Positions 18,256 through 28,061 of a stretch of 64,000 nt of DNA are shown here, piece by piece. The notes under the pieces are model-generated. The model saw only the letters and a program-made list of their open reading frames with translations, was not told the origin of the DNA and ran no database searches. The translations under genes were made by a program, and so were the position numbers. This DNA is from a virus: IMG/VR virus record IMGVR_UViG_3300019458_000027, positions 25,191 through 89,190 of that record. One strand, 5' to 3'. Each line of letters opens with the position of its first letter. The first letter of the stretch is position 1.

Positions 18256-19908
18256 TTATTTGGCTTTTGCCTTTACCGTTACATACCAATGCTGACTATT
18301 GGCAACACTGGCCCCACCTCTAAAAGGCGCATCGTGCGTTCCATAATTGACTACCTCATGATCAATTTTAGCGGATTTAAGCCCTGCAGTTACTTTATCT
18401 CTAAAGTCCTCGGCAGACTTCCCGTAACTATAGAAGAATTGCCGTCTAATTACAAGATTTCCAGATTTGTCCTTCCCCACCGAATCTGGGTGCACCCCCG
18501 CATTCTGTAGTGAAGTCTTCACGCTAGCTGGTGATAGGGTCTTTGGAGTCGGTGCTGGCCCTTCTTTTGGTTCCTTCTCGCCCCTAAAAGGCGGTTTATC
18601 GTAATGACCGGCGGTTGCCTGATCATAGGCTTCTTGAGCTTCTTGTCTTTCACTCTCGGTGTATCGATCCCTGCTCTCCCCTGCTCCTTCGCCAAATTTA
18701 CCATCGGGATCACGGGGATGCTTTGCCTCATCCCACTCTTTTTGAATTTTATCAAGCTCAAGATCGGACAATTCTTTGTTTCTACTAGCGAGACTAATAG
18801 CGTCCCGTGCTCTATCAAGAGCTTTAGTTACTTTCTCGTCCTTCACGCCCATATCATGAACATCTTCAGGCCGTGGATGAAGCTCTCTATCCGATTCTTT
18901 CTGATTCTCAGCATAGTCCTTATATACACGATCGATGACTTCTGACATTGATTGAGTATCCTGTTCGCTATACTCGGCGTCATCGTCCTGTTCGTAATCA
19001 CGAAGCTCATCGGCCAGATGCCTGCCATAACTAGATCCCAAGAAATCCTCCACCTCTTGATTGGTGAGGTCCATATACTCCAAAGAATCGGCCACAAACT
19101 CATCATGATCGGAGTTCCGATCTGTCGCCACACTAAAATAGCCCCAATCTTTCAGCGAAGCCCTTTCTGGAGTTGCCAAATCCCTCATATGCTCTCGAAG
19201 GGGCTTATCTTCTTTTCCTGCGCCCCCACCTGCTCCTTCACCGAATTTCCCACTCTCATCCCGTGGGTGTTTACTCTCATCCCACTCTCCTTTGAGAAGG
19301 GCCGACAAATCACGAAGTTGATCAATAAGTTTGGTGGTGTGCTTTCCTTTGTCCTCGCCGTGGGTCGTTCTCACGTTCTCGTTCTGGTATTCCTGCCCAT
19401 CTCTAGAACCAGCAGAACCCCCCGCACCAGGGTCATAATTGATCCCTGTTATTGGATTCGTACCAATAGCGTCGGGCTTAATACCAATGTCGGCTTTATT
19501 AAGATCATCGGCTAGTGGACCCAAAAACTTCTTTTGGTGGATAAGGGGATTTCCTCTCCAATCAAAGATCGGTCCGGATTCTCCTGTGAAGGAGTGCTCA
19601 GGATCGGTCGTTGCTCTTTCCTCTTCTTTAATAAGATCGGCATACTCGTTGACGCATTGCCCACCAACACCCTTGATCATGCCCCGATCTCCGATAAAAG
19701 CAGGATTACTAATGTCTCTACAAAGGGAAGCTAAATCATCAAAGAGTTTTCGTACCCACTTCCCCTTAGATTTCTTATATTTGGCTTTGGCAGCTGACCA
19801 AGCAATAGCGGAAGCTGTACCTTTGTCCTTCCCACTAGAAACAGCGGATCGGTAAGCTCCCTCTAAAATCCTATTAAGCCCCGAAGGGCCTCCTTCTACT
19901 TGAGGCAT
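18256..19908 (-). CDS. ChaB-domain protein with two HPR-tagged modules
   Basis: N-terminal RILEGAYRSA...ASAIAWSAAKAKYKKSKGKWVRK (ChaB pattern); EWDESKHPRD, EWDEAKHPRD. Confidence 0.7.
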   Translation of the reverse strand: MPQVEGGPSGLNRILEGAYRSAVSSGKDKGTASAIAWSAAKAKYKKSKGKWVRKLFDDLASLCRDISNPAFIGDRGMIKGVGGQCVNEYADLIKEEERATTDPEHSFTGESGPIFDWRGNPLIHQKKFLGPLADDLNKADIGIKPDAIGTNPITGINYDPGAGGSAGSRDGQEYQNENVRTTHGEDKGKHTTKLIDQLRDLSALLKGEWDESKHPRDESGKFGEGAGGGAGKEDKPLREHMRDLATPERASLKDWGYFSVATDRNSDHDEFVADSLEYMDLTNQEVEDFLGSSYGRHLADELRDYEQDDDAEYSEQDTQSMSEVIDRVYKDYAENQKESDRELHPRPEDVHDMGVKDEKVTKALDRARDAISLASRNKELSDLELDKIQKEWDEAKHPRDPDGKFGEGAGESRDRYTESERQEAQEAYDQATAGHYDKPPFRGEKEPKEGPAPTPKTLSPASVKTSLQNAGVHPDSVGKDKSGNLVIRRQFFYSYGKSAEDFRDKVTAGLKSAKIDHEVVNYGTHDAPFRGGASVANSQHWYVTVKAKAK

Positions 19909-19917
19909 TTATCCTCC

Positions 19918-22035
19918 TTAATCCAAAGCTAATTGCAGAACCCCGGCGAGGGGTTCAGTTATCGTATTCCCACGCCCTGCATTATAAAGAATAGACCGTT
20001 CATCCTCAGTTAACACCCGTTTCCAGAAACCGACCTCATCGATGCGACCATTCATAGCATTTGGGGTGGTGGGAAATGCCGGATTTATTCCTATGGCGAA
20101 CGCAGAGGCGGTAGAATTTATCGAATCGTCATGAAAAGCGGTCTCCACAGGTCCGTTATCAACCTGCATAGAAAGGAGATCGGCATCAGGATCATGCCAC
20201 GCTACTACAAAATACCATCTCCCTATCTGAATGGCTCCAGTAGAAACATAATTTAAATCAGAATCGTTGGTAGGAGCACCCCTAGTACCAAATTGGAATA
20301 AGATAGGTCCTAAGTCTGTAGCGGTTTGTAGAAAATATTCTACGGCGGAAGCCCCACCCGAACCAAACTTAGCAACCATAGTTTGCCCATTGCTGACGGA
20401 ATCGAAGTAGACCCAACAAGCGAGGGAAAATGGCACAGTCCCAGGTCTAAGTGGCGTAATATCCGCTCTACTGAGATACTCGGCGTTTGCCGCCGTAAAT
20501 TGCCCTGCTGATCCTACTTTTCCAGGGTTAAAAGTAACGGTATTATTGTCGGTTAAATCCTTCTTTCTGGTGTAGGAGTTTCCTAATCCAGAATTGTAAA
20601 GATCCTCTCTTTCTTTAGCCGTCAACAACCTCTTCCAAAAACCAACTTCATCAATTCGGCCATCCAAGGTCTGACTATCTTGGTTATTGGTACGACCCAG
20701 TTCAAATGGTGCTGTACCATCATTTGGTACAAGTCCAGCGGTTGCTGTTGACTCTATTATTCCGTTATTAATCTGTAGATTTATGGTATTAGCAACAGAA
20801 TCATGCCAAGCCACTACAAAATACCAGGTGGCATTTGCAAGAAGTACCGTCGAATTAACGGTTACAAAAGTACCGTCTGATGCAAATACACGCCATTTAA
20901 ATCTACGTTTTGTTTGATCCCCATCCAGATCGGTTTCGAAAAGATCGTATTCTCGATTGGGTGCTACGCCGGCCTTTGAAAGCATACCAGAAGTAACCGA
21001 TACATTATCGAAATAAATCCAACCGGCAAAAGTAAAATCAATGTCTCCCACAGAAAGATCGGCATTATCAGCAACCGAAAGGTATTCAATATTGGCCATA
21101 GTGAATTGCGCTGCTTTAACTTTTGTTCCTTGATTTTGAGTAACGGTATTATTGTCGGTAAGATTGCTTCCAGGAAGATAGGTGTTTCCTCTACTTGCTA
21201 AATAAAGGTCTTTACGCTCCCTCTCGGTAAGGACTCTTTTCCAAAAACCAACTTCGTCAATTCGGCCATCCCAAGGACCGGCAACTCCTAGTGAGCCGAT
21301 ATTAAAGGGGCCGGTCAAGTCGGAGATGGTTAGAGTCTTAGTTACACTATCTACCGCCCCGCCATTAACCTGAATATTAATAGTGTTTGCTGTCTCATCG
21401 TGCCAACCCACAACGAAGTACCAAACTCCAGTGGACAGAGTACCGAAAGAATCTGCTGTTACAAATTCGGAAGCATCTATTAAATCTTTTACTAGAAACT
21501 GAAATTTATTAAGACTTCCACTTACCCGAAGTTGCCATTCGTCTTTCCCACCAGTGTTATCCCCTTTGCTAGCTATGACTCTGGTGGTTCCGGTGCTATC
21601 GAGGTAAACCCATGCACAAATAGTAAAGTCAATCTCTCCAGTAGAGAGAGATGCATTGTCAGCTATCTGAAGATACTCGACGTTAGCAGCTACGAATTGC
21701 GCTGATTTTCCCCTTTTTCCATCAGCTTGTGTAACTGTGTTGTTGTCTGTAAGATGGTTAGAACCTTTTGAATCAAATCGGGTTCCGCTCGTCTCTTCTA
21801 GTTTCCAGTATGCTACCAAACTCTCTGACATTTTCTTGGTTCGGTCTACTGCAAATCGGTCTGTGGTTTCATCTTCTCTTGTTCCTGATGCTTCGTCTAA
21901 AGTCCAATAGCCAAACAACTCGTCGGTCAAGGTCCGGTTCGTATCAAGCTCGAAATGCCCTCCCCACCTATCTCTACGAATCCCACTAGTTTCTTCTAGC
22001 TTGTAATAGGCTTTAAGATCGGTAACTAAGGGCAT
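19918..22035 (-). CDS. LamG/concanavalin-A-like repeat protein (3 domains), putative adhesin/fibre
   Basis: Repeats of DFT.xxWVY, WYFVVAWHD, INIQ.N.G, DGRIDEVGFWKRVLT. Confidence 0.8.
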   Translation of the reverse strand: MPLVTDLKAYYKLEETSGIRRDRWGGHFELDTNRTLTDELFGYWTLDEASGTREDETTDRFAVDRTKKMSESLVAYWKLEETSGTRFDSKGSNHLTDNNTVTQADGKRGKSAQFVAANVEYLQIADNASLSTGEIDFTICAWVYLDSTGTTRVIASKGDNTGGKDEWQLRVSGSLNKFQFLVKDLIDASEFVTADSFGTLSTGVWYFVVGWHDETANTINIQVNGGAVDSVTKTLTISDLTGPFNIGSLGVAGPWDGRIDEVGFWKRVLTERERKDLYLASRGNTYLPGSNLTDNNTVTQNQGTKVKAAQFTMANIEYLSVADNADLSVGDIDFTFAGWIYFDNVSVTSGMLSKAGVAPNREYDLFETDLDGDQTKRRFKWRVFASDGTFVTVNSTVLLANATWYFVVAWHDSVANTINLQINNGIIESTATAGLVPNDGTAPFELGRTNNQDSQTLDGRIDEVGFWKRLLTAKEREDLYNSGLGNSYTRKKDLTDNNTVTFNPGKVGSAGQFTAANAEYLSRADITPLRPGTVPFSLACWVYFDSVSNGQTMVAKFGSGGASAVEYFLQTATDLGPILFQFGTRGAPTNDSDLNYVSTGAIQIGRWYFVVAWHDPDADLLSMQVDNGPVETAFHDDSINSTASAFAIGINPAFPTTPNAMNGRIDEVGFWKRVLTEDERSILYNAGRGNTITEPLAGVLQLALD

Positions 22036-23490
22036 TTAGACCTCCACCAACTCTTTCCCAAAGGCGGGAGACTTCGATTTCAAGATTGCTCTGACTGTGT
22101 TTCCCCTTCCGGCGTTGTAAAGATCAGAACGTTCTTGGGAAGTTAAAACCCGTTTCCAGAATACAGCTTCGTCTATCCTTCCATTCCAAAAATTGGATGG
22201 CGTGGTGTCAAGATTTATAGCTCCAATTCCTAAAGATGAAGTCCCAACAAAAACCCCTAGAGTGTGAGAGGAAGAATCTATGGTTCCATTATTAATTTGA
22301 ATGTTGATAGTATTAGCTTCGGGGTCATGCCATGCCACAATAAGATGCCATGAAGCGGTTGATGGGGAACCAAAGCTATTGGCAAGTAAGGAGACGATAC
22401 CGCCTGGTGATCCATCGTTGTCCACAAAGAACCTAAACCTGTCCTCTGAGTTTCGGTAGTCAATTCCAAACTCTCGTTGGTCAGTGGAATCGTTACTTTT
22501 AGTGTATATAGCCATGTTCCCTGGCTTGCTATCTAAATATACCCACGCCGACACCGTAAAACCTATATCGCCCGTTTTGATTGCGGAATTATTGGCTCGG
22601 TTAAGGTATTCACTGTTCGCCCGTACAAATTGCCCCGCTCGACTCCTGATCCCCGTGTTTACCCCAACTGTGTTATTATCGGTCAAACTTAACGACCTGG
22701 TATAAGAATTTCCTCTCCCTGAATTATAAAGAAGGGATCGTTCCTCTGCTGTCAAGACTCTTTTCCAAATTCCTACTTCGTCAATACGCCCATCGTGGAA
22801 ACCACCATGGGTAGTTGGTTCATTTCCCATAGTAAACTCATGAGTGCTATCAAAACTCCCGCCGCTTCTACTCGTAGAATCTATCGCACCACCATTAATT
22901 TGAACATTCATTGTATCATTAACCGAATCGTGCCAAACAACAACAAAGTACCAAGTATTAATAGATAAAATAACGGTGGATGACAAAGTGGTGGAATTGA
23001 TTCCATTGGCAACTACAAACTCAACAATAGGTCTTGTACCCCCCAACCCAGTGGCGTTATTGACTCTAACGAGATATTCATTTTGTGCGGCGACGTTGGA
23101 ACTTCCCTTTGCAACGAAATTGAACGCCGTATCTCCGGAGGACGGCGGCACTGAATCCATATAGAACCAGAACGCTATCGTAAAATCTATATCACCCATA
23201 CTAATATCAGAATTGTCTGCAACACTAAGATATTCACTATTGGCCCGTGTAAATTGCGCTCCCCTAACTTTCTTACCAAGTGCTTGAGTTACTGTATTAT
23301 TGTCGGTAAGATGGTTGGTTCCCTTTTCGTCCTCCCTGGTTCCGCTTAACTCATCCAAAGTCCAATAAGCCACCAGATTATTAGGAAGGGTGTTTCTAGC
23401 GTCCCGCTCGAATTTGTTGCCCCAGGCGTCAAATCTGGTCCCGCTCGTCTCATCCAATTGCCATAACGCTTTAAGATCGGAAGTTAGCAT
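22036..23490 (-). CDS. LamG-like repeat protein (2 domains)
   Basis: Same repeat motifs; own GGAG RBS. Confidence 0.8.
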   Translation of the reverse strand: MLTSDLKALWQLDETSGTRFDAWGNKFERDARNTLPNNLVAYWTLDELSGTREDEKGTNHLTDNNTVTQALGKKVRGAQFTRANSEYLSVADNSDISMGDIDFTIAFWFYMDSVPPSSGDTAFNFVAKGSSNVAAQNEYLVRVNNATGLGGTRPIVEFVVANGINSTTLSSTVILSINTWYFVVVWHDSVNDTMNVQINGGAIDSTSRSGGSFDSTHEFTMGNEPTTHGGFHDGRIDEVGIWKRVLTAEERSLLYNSGRGNSYTRSLSLTDNNTVGVNTGIRSRAGQFVRANSEYLNRANNSAIKTGDIGFTVSAWVYLDSKPGNMAIYTKSNDSTDQREFGIDYRNSEDRFRFFVDNDGSPGGIVSLLANSFGSPSTASWHLIVAWHDPEANTINIQINNGTIDSSSHTLGVFVGTSSLGIGAINLDTTPSNFWNGRIDEAVFWKRVLTSQERSDLYNAGRGNTVRAILKSKSPAFGKELVEV

Positions 23491-26441
23491 ATTAGAAGCT
23501 CCGTATCCTTCTCGAAGATTAAAGATCGGGTTCTTGGTTTCTTGGTTATAAGTGCATTACCACGCCCCTGCAAATATAAATCACGACGCTCCTGGGCTGT
23601 CAATATCCGCTTCCAGAACCCTAACTCATCAATAAAGCCATCCCATCTGCTAGCGTTTCCTGAAGTATCGGCACCCACAGTAAGAGGTTCTGAGGTAAAG
23701 TCTGGGACACCTATAGTCGCAACTGAATCTATAGCCCCGCCATCTATCTGAATGTTTACAGTGTTGGCAACGGAATCATGCCACCCAACTACATGAAGCC
23801 ATTGTCCTATCGGTGGAGACCCGAAAGAATTAGCAGGAACGGTTCCAACTATGGTGCCACTTCCTAGGCCAAAGATGGTAAATTCAAGTCGATCCAGAGA
23901 GCTATTATACCGCATTCGATATTCTCGACTTCCAGTGGTTGGATCGGACTTAGCAACGATCGTCATAAATGTGGCCTTTGACTCGAAGTAAATCCAAGCG
24001 GAGAAGGTGAAATCTATATCCCCAACGGAAACAGAAGTATTACTGGCTAAGGACAGGTATTCACTGTTGTCAACTTCAAAGTCCGCTGCATTCTCCCTAA
24101 CCCCTGCTATTGTGGAGCCAACGGTGTTGTTATCAGTCAACTCTAGCGATCTAGAGTAAGAATTGGCGTTTCCTGAATTATATAAGTCCGAACGCTCTTT
24201 CGCTGTAAGGGTACGCTTCCAAATACCGATCTCCTCTATTCTACCGTCCCAATGCTTGTCGATAGTCCCCAGCACGTTTCTTGCTCCAATGATGAGAGAA
24301 TTGCTGGTCCGCTGGGTGCCTTTTTCATGAGACGCCGACATTATCCCGTTATTGTTGACTTGAAAAAACAATCTGCCCTTAATCCCGTCGTACCAAGCTA
24401 CTAGGAATAACCAAGTACCTGTGGTTATCGTTACTCCAGCGTTGCCTTCTAGAGTAGTAAAATCTGCGCCATTCGATATGGTAAATTGCCAAATGTAGGT
24501 TGGCGTGTTTGGAGAGTTATTAGTGAGAGATATAGCATACTCTGAAGCCACGCTTCCGGCCTGAGCTTCGCCTTTATGAATCAGTTGGTGAACGTCTCCT
24601 GGAAGGGAATCGATATAGACCCAACAGGCAATAGTAAAATCTACCCGCCCTGAAGCCAGACCAACATCATCATTATCTGGGAGGGATAAATATTCCGAGT
24701 TAGCTTTGGTAAATTGCCCAGCTTTTACTTTCTTCCCTGCAGCTTGAGTTACTGTATTGTTATCAGTAAGATGATGGCCGCCGTGATATGGGTTGCCGAG
24801 GCCATCATTATAAAGGTCTTGACGTTCTTGGGCGGTAAGGACTTTCTTCCAAATTCCGACCTCATCGATTCGGCCATTATGACGGTTTTCTTGACCAGTG
24901 CTGGTGAACACCGCACCCATCTCGAAGGGATGAGAACTATCGTAGCTTCCGCCATTCCAAGATGTGCTTGCTATCGTCCCGTTGTCAATCTGTATGTTGA
25001 TGGTATCGGCTACAGAATCGTGCCAGGCAACGATAAAATACCACTGTCCTGTAACCTGAGTCCCATCGGCGTTTACGTTCGCAAAGGAGACATTGTTCCC
25101 AACATGAAGGACGAACCTAGTTCCATTCCAGTGGATATAATACTCAAGGGTCTTGGTAACGTTCCCATCGCCTTTGCCTAAGATTGTATTCCCCCCTGTA
25201 AAGGAATCGATAAATACCCAACAAGCGATGGAAAAGTCAATATCACCCATAGACAGGGCAGCGTTGTCGGTAATTGATAGGTACTCAGTGTTGGCTGCGA
25301 CAAATTGCGCTGCTTTGCTTACCTTCCCGTCATTTCGGGTTACGGTATTATTATCAGTAAGATGGCTAGAACCCTTGGAATCTATCCTGGTTCCACTCGG
25401 CTCCCCCAATTGCCAATACGCCACTAGACTTCGGGTGAGTGTTCCATCCGTGTCTTTTTCGAAATAGCTTACTTCGTCCTGTCTTGTGCCAGAAGCCTCA
25501 TCGAGGGTGTAATAGGCCGAAAGTCCGTCTCTAAGACTTCCAACTGGAATCCTCCTACCTGGAAAGAATGTGTTACCTCTTCCCCTCTGGTAAAGCTCTC
25601 GACGTTCGGAAGACGACAGCACTTTCTTCCAAAAACCTAACTCATCAATCCTACCGTTCATGAACTCCTTTACCCCGCCACCCCCACTTTCGGTTACAGC
25701 CCCTACCAAAAATTGCGTACTGCTGGAAAAAGCCGCCCCAGTGGTGGAAACAATTACTGGACTTCCTCCATTCACACTAATGGCTATCTGATTGTTCACT
25801 GCGTCATGCCAAGCCACTACAAAATACCAGGTTGCTGTGGTAAGTGCCGTTGGCCATTGTGCGTCGGCACCAGTTCCAGTGTGACCCAGGACTATCTTGT
25901 TGTCATTAGCATTTATCTGTAAGAGATACTCCTGATTGGGGGAACCAATTTCATACTTTGTTACTACGTTGAAAGAAGAACCAGCAATGGATGGAAGGGA
26001 ATCTAGGTAAATCCAGCAAGCGATGGTGTAGTCTATGTCGCCTGTCGTAAGATCACTGTTGCTGGCCCGGCTTAAGTATTCGCTGTTGGCTTTGGTAAAT
26101 TGGGCGGCCGGTCCTATAATCCCCGAACTTTGCGTTACGGTGTTGTTATCAGTAAGATGACTTGATCCTTTAGAATCTCGACGGGTTCCTGAGGTCTCGT
26201 CCAATTTCCAATAGGCCACCAATCTGTCGGCCAATGTAAGACTGGGGTCAACGTCGAATATACCAGGATCGCTACCCCCCATAATAGCCGTCCTGCCTTG
26301 ATTACAGTCGGTGTCTTTCTCGAATACTCCTCCCCAAGCCCCAAAACGGGTTCCGTCAGTTTCTTCAAGACGGAAATACGCTTTCAGATTTGTTCTTAGG
26401 GAATCGTTGGTATCGTATTCAAAGACAGGGGACTTAGGCAT
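23484..26441 (-). CDS. LamG-like repeat protein (4 domains)
   Basis: Same repeat motifs, four LTDNNTV bodies. Confidence 0.8.
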   Translation of the reverse strand: MPKSPVFEYDTNDSLRTNLKAYFRLEETDGTRFGAWGGVFEKDTDCNQGRTAIMGGSDPGIFDVDPSLTLADRLVAYWKLDETSGTRRDSKGSSHLTDNNTVTQSSGIIGPAAQFTKANSEYLSRASNSDLTTGDIDYTIACWIYLDSLPSIAGSSFNVVTKYEIGSPNQEYLLQINANDNKIVLGHTGTGADAQWPTALTTATWYFVVAWHDAVNNQIAISVNGGSPVIVSTTGAAFSSSTQFLVGAVTESGGGGVKEFMNGRIDELGFWKKVLSSSERRELYQRGRGNTFFPGRRIPVGSLRDGLSAYYTLDEASGTRQDEVSYFEKDTDGTLTRSLVAYWQLGEPSGTRIDSKGSSHLTDNNTVTRNDGKVSKAAQFVAANTEYLSITDNAALSMGDIDFSIACWVFIDSFTGGNTILGKGDGNVTKTLEYYIHWNGTRFVLHVGNNVSFANVNADGTQVTGQWYFIVAWHDSVADTINIQIDNGTIASTSWNGGSYDSSHPFEMGAVFTSTGQENRHNGRIDEVGIWKKVLTAQERQDLYNDGLGNPYHGGHHLTDNNTVTQAAGKKVKAGQFTKANSEYLSLPDNDDVGLASGRVDFTIACWVYIDSLPGDVHQLIHKGEAQAGSVASEYAISLTNNSPNTPTYIWQFTISNGADFTTLEGNAGVTITTGTWLFLVAWYDGIKGRLFFQVNNNGIMSASHEKGTQRTSNSLIIGARNVLGTIDKHWDGRIEEIGIWKRTLTAKERSDLYNSGNANSYSRSLELTDNNTVGSTIAGVRENAADFEVDNSEYLSLASNTSVSVGDIDFTFSAWIYFESKATFMTIVAKSDPTTGSREYRMRYNSSLDRLEFTIFGLGSGTIVGTVPANSFGSPPIGQWLHVVGWHDSVANTVNIQIDGGAIDSVATIGVPDFTSEPLTVGADTSGNASRWDGFIDELGFWKRILTAQERRDLYLQGRGNALITKKPRTRSLIFEKDTELLIC

Positions 26442-26483
26442 AATCCTTTTCTTCTACCTTTCCGAAACCACCTACTAGTGAGA

Positions 26484-26903
26484 TTAGATTTCTTCTATGA
26501 CTTCGGCCCAAGCAAAATCACGACTCTCAGGGCCAACTCCAACAGATCGGGAGTATTTCCTCACGACGTTCGGGGTAACGGAGGTGTCCGTTTCCTTAAC
26601 TGTCGCAACGATCACATATCCTTTTCCACTAGGCCCATTATAAGCGTGGACTTCCAAGCGTCCCTTGGCATTGGCCGGAACCGTAATTCCAGCATCGGTC
26701 CAGTCGGCGGTTTGATCGGTCGGACTGACTGTCGCATCGGTGGCAACGGTCGCCCCATCCTGTGGAATCGATGGCGTCCAAGCAATTCCCTGCCAGTATT
26801 TCCCATTGGCAGCCAAATAGTCGGCTTGCTTGGTGGTAAGTTGTGTTTGCAGATCGCTGATTTCTAAATCAACGGCATCTTTTAAAGCGGTTGAAAGTGG
26901 CAT
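26484..26903 (-). CDS. Hypothetical (probable virion) protein
   Basis: 139 aa, GGAGG RBS, within fibre cluster. Confidence 0.6.
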   Translation of the reverse strand: MPLSTALKDAVDLEISDLQTQLTTKQADYLAANGKYWQGIAWTPSIPQDGATVATDATVSPTDQTADWTDAGITVPANAKGRLEVHAYNGPSGKGYVIVATVKETDTSVTPNVVRKYSRSVGVGPESRDFAWAEVIEEI

Positions 26904-26921
26904 GTTCTAATCCTCCTCCTG

Positions 26922-27704
26922 TTAATATCCTTTAACGAAAGCTACAACGTCCCATTTATCATCAGTAGAATCATAAATGGCGGTCATATAATCGATGGCA
27001 CTTGGAGTGGTTGATAAAGTTACGTCAACAATATCAGTCCCCAAGCGAAACTTTGTATCAAGGGTGATTGTTCTCCCACCCGTAGAATCTTGTTTAAGAA
27101 TCCAGGTAACTTTCTGTCGATTTGACGGATTGGTCGGATTTCCCAGCGTTCTATTTCCCGCCAAAGTAACGGTAAATTGGTTCCCTAAAGCGGCGTTCGT
27201 AGCAATTGTGGCTGCATCGGTTAAAGCTGCCGTTCCTGATCTAAAGCTTTCACTAACGTCGAGCTTAGTAGATGGAGAAGAGGTTCCAATTCCAACCTTA
27301 TCGGTGGAGGTTTCTAGTCTAACAACCGTACCATCGTCAGTCCACCCATTAGCACCGCCACCACCACCACCTGCTCCCGAATTTACCCACGTCCTTTTGT
27401 CCGTGATAGTAGTAATTGCTCCACCTGCAGTTACTACTGTGGCAATGGGGATTCTACCAGTAGTGAATCCTACGGTGTTGGAAGTAGCTACTCCCGCCGT
27501 GTCAATCTCTACATAGTTAGTGGTAGCATTAGTAAGAGCAACAGTCTGCTCGTTTTTATCTGTAACCGTGTTATCGTTTCTAATTCGGCCCGCCCTGACT
27601 GTCAGATTTAGGCCCCCTCCATCTTCTGGAGAGAAATCACGGAGATCATCTATTAAGATGCTTTCGTCTCGTATTTGTCCTGATGGAACTGTAGTTCTAG
27701 GCAT
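26922..27704 (-). CDS. Fibre/structural protein
   Basis: Poly-Gly linker, DKVGIGTSSPSTKLDV repeat unit, TLAGNRTL.NPTN...LKQD.TGGRT C-terminal module. Confidence 0.6.
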   Translation of the reverse strand: MPRTTVPSGQIRDESILIDDLRDFSPEDGGGLNLTVRAGRIRNDNTVTDKNEQTVALTNATTNYVEIDTAGVATSNTVGFTTGRIPIATVVTAGGAITTITDKRTWVNSGAGGGGGGANGWTDDGTVVRLETSTDKVGIGTSSPSTKLDVSESFRSGTAALTDAATIATNAALGNQFTVTLAGNRTLGNPTNPSNRQKVTWILKQDSTGGRTITLDTKFRLGTDIVDVTLSTTPSAIDYMTAIYDSTDDKWDVVAFVKGY

Positions 27705-27928
27705 TACTTCTTCTCCTTCCTACACTTGGGGCAAACGTAATTATCGGATATCTCAAAGTGTGAGCGTTCTTCCCTAGGAAGATTCTTGAGTAATCCTGCT
27801 GGATATTCGACGATACACGCACACTTCACGCAGATTTGCTTTAGAAGTTTGTTATCTTTATCCATCGTTAACAATTGCAATCCCCACTTTGGTATTCTGC
27901 TTTTTTGATTTTGAAACAATCTCTGCAC
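27704..27928 (-). CDS. Zn-finger protein
   Basis: CVKC...CPKC. Confidence 0.55.
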   Translation of the reverse strand: MQRLFQNQKSRIPKWGLQLLTMDKDNKLLKQICVKCACIVEYPAGLLKNLPREERSHFEISDNYVCPKCRKEKK

Positions 27929-28056
27929 ATCAGTTTCTCAGGCGTTTCCACAATTTTTCTACCTGGGGGTAGTCCTTCTAATGCCCTCTTGGGGTAAATA
28001 ATTGGCTCTCCGCAATGTGAGCATTTATAAACTAACCTGGGGTCTATGTCTGCCAT
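27868..28056 (-). CDS. Zn-finger protein
   Basis: CSHC...CRDC; GAGGAG RBS. Confidence 0.6.
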   Translation of the reverse strand: MADIDPRLVYKCSHCGEPIIYPKRALEGLPPGRKIVETPEKLMCRDCFKIKKAEYQSGDCNC

Positions 28057-28061
28057 TTTTA

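Noticed and set aside
17864-18289. 141 aa minus-strand ORF whose end (QKWTIKTK) resembles the KWKIREK motif
   Set aside because: Overlaps two better-supported genes in other frames; motif match is weak
22030-23495. Possibility that the three LamG ORFs are one frameshifted or recoded gene
   Set aside because: Each has its own start, RBS-like sequence and a balanced cap/body set; genes elsewhere tile normally in code 11 using all three stops
19918-26441. Recurrent ~25-30 nt near-repeats that could suggest CRISPR or DGR template/variable repeats
   Set aside because: They are in-frame coding repeats (LTDNNTV, GRIDEVG) with synonymous variation and irregular spacing; no reverse transcriptase or cas gene in the window
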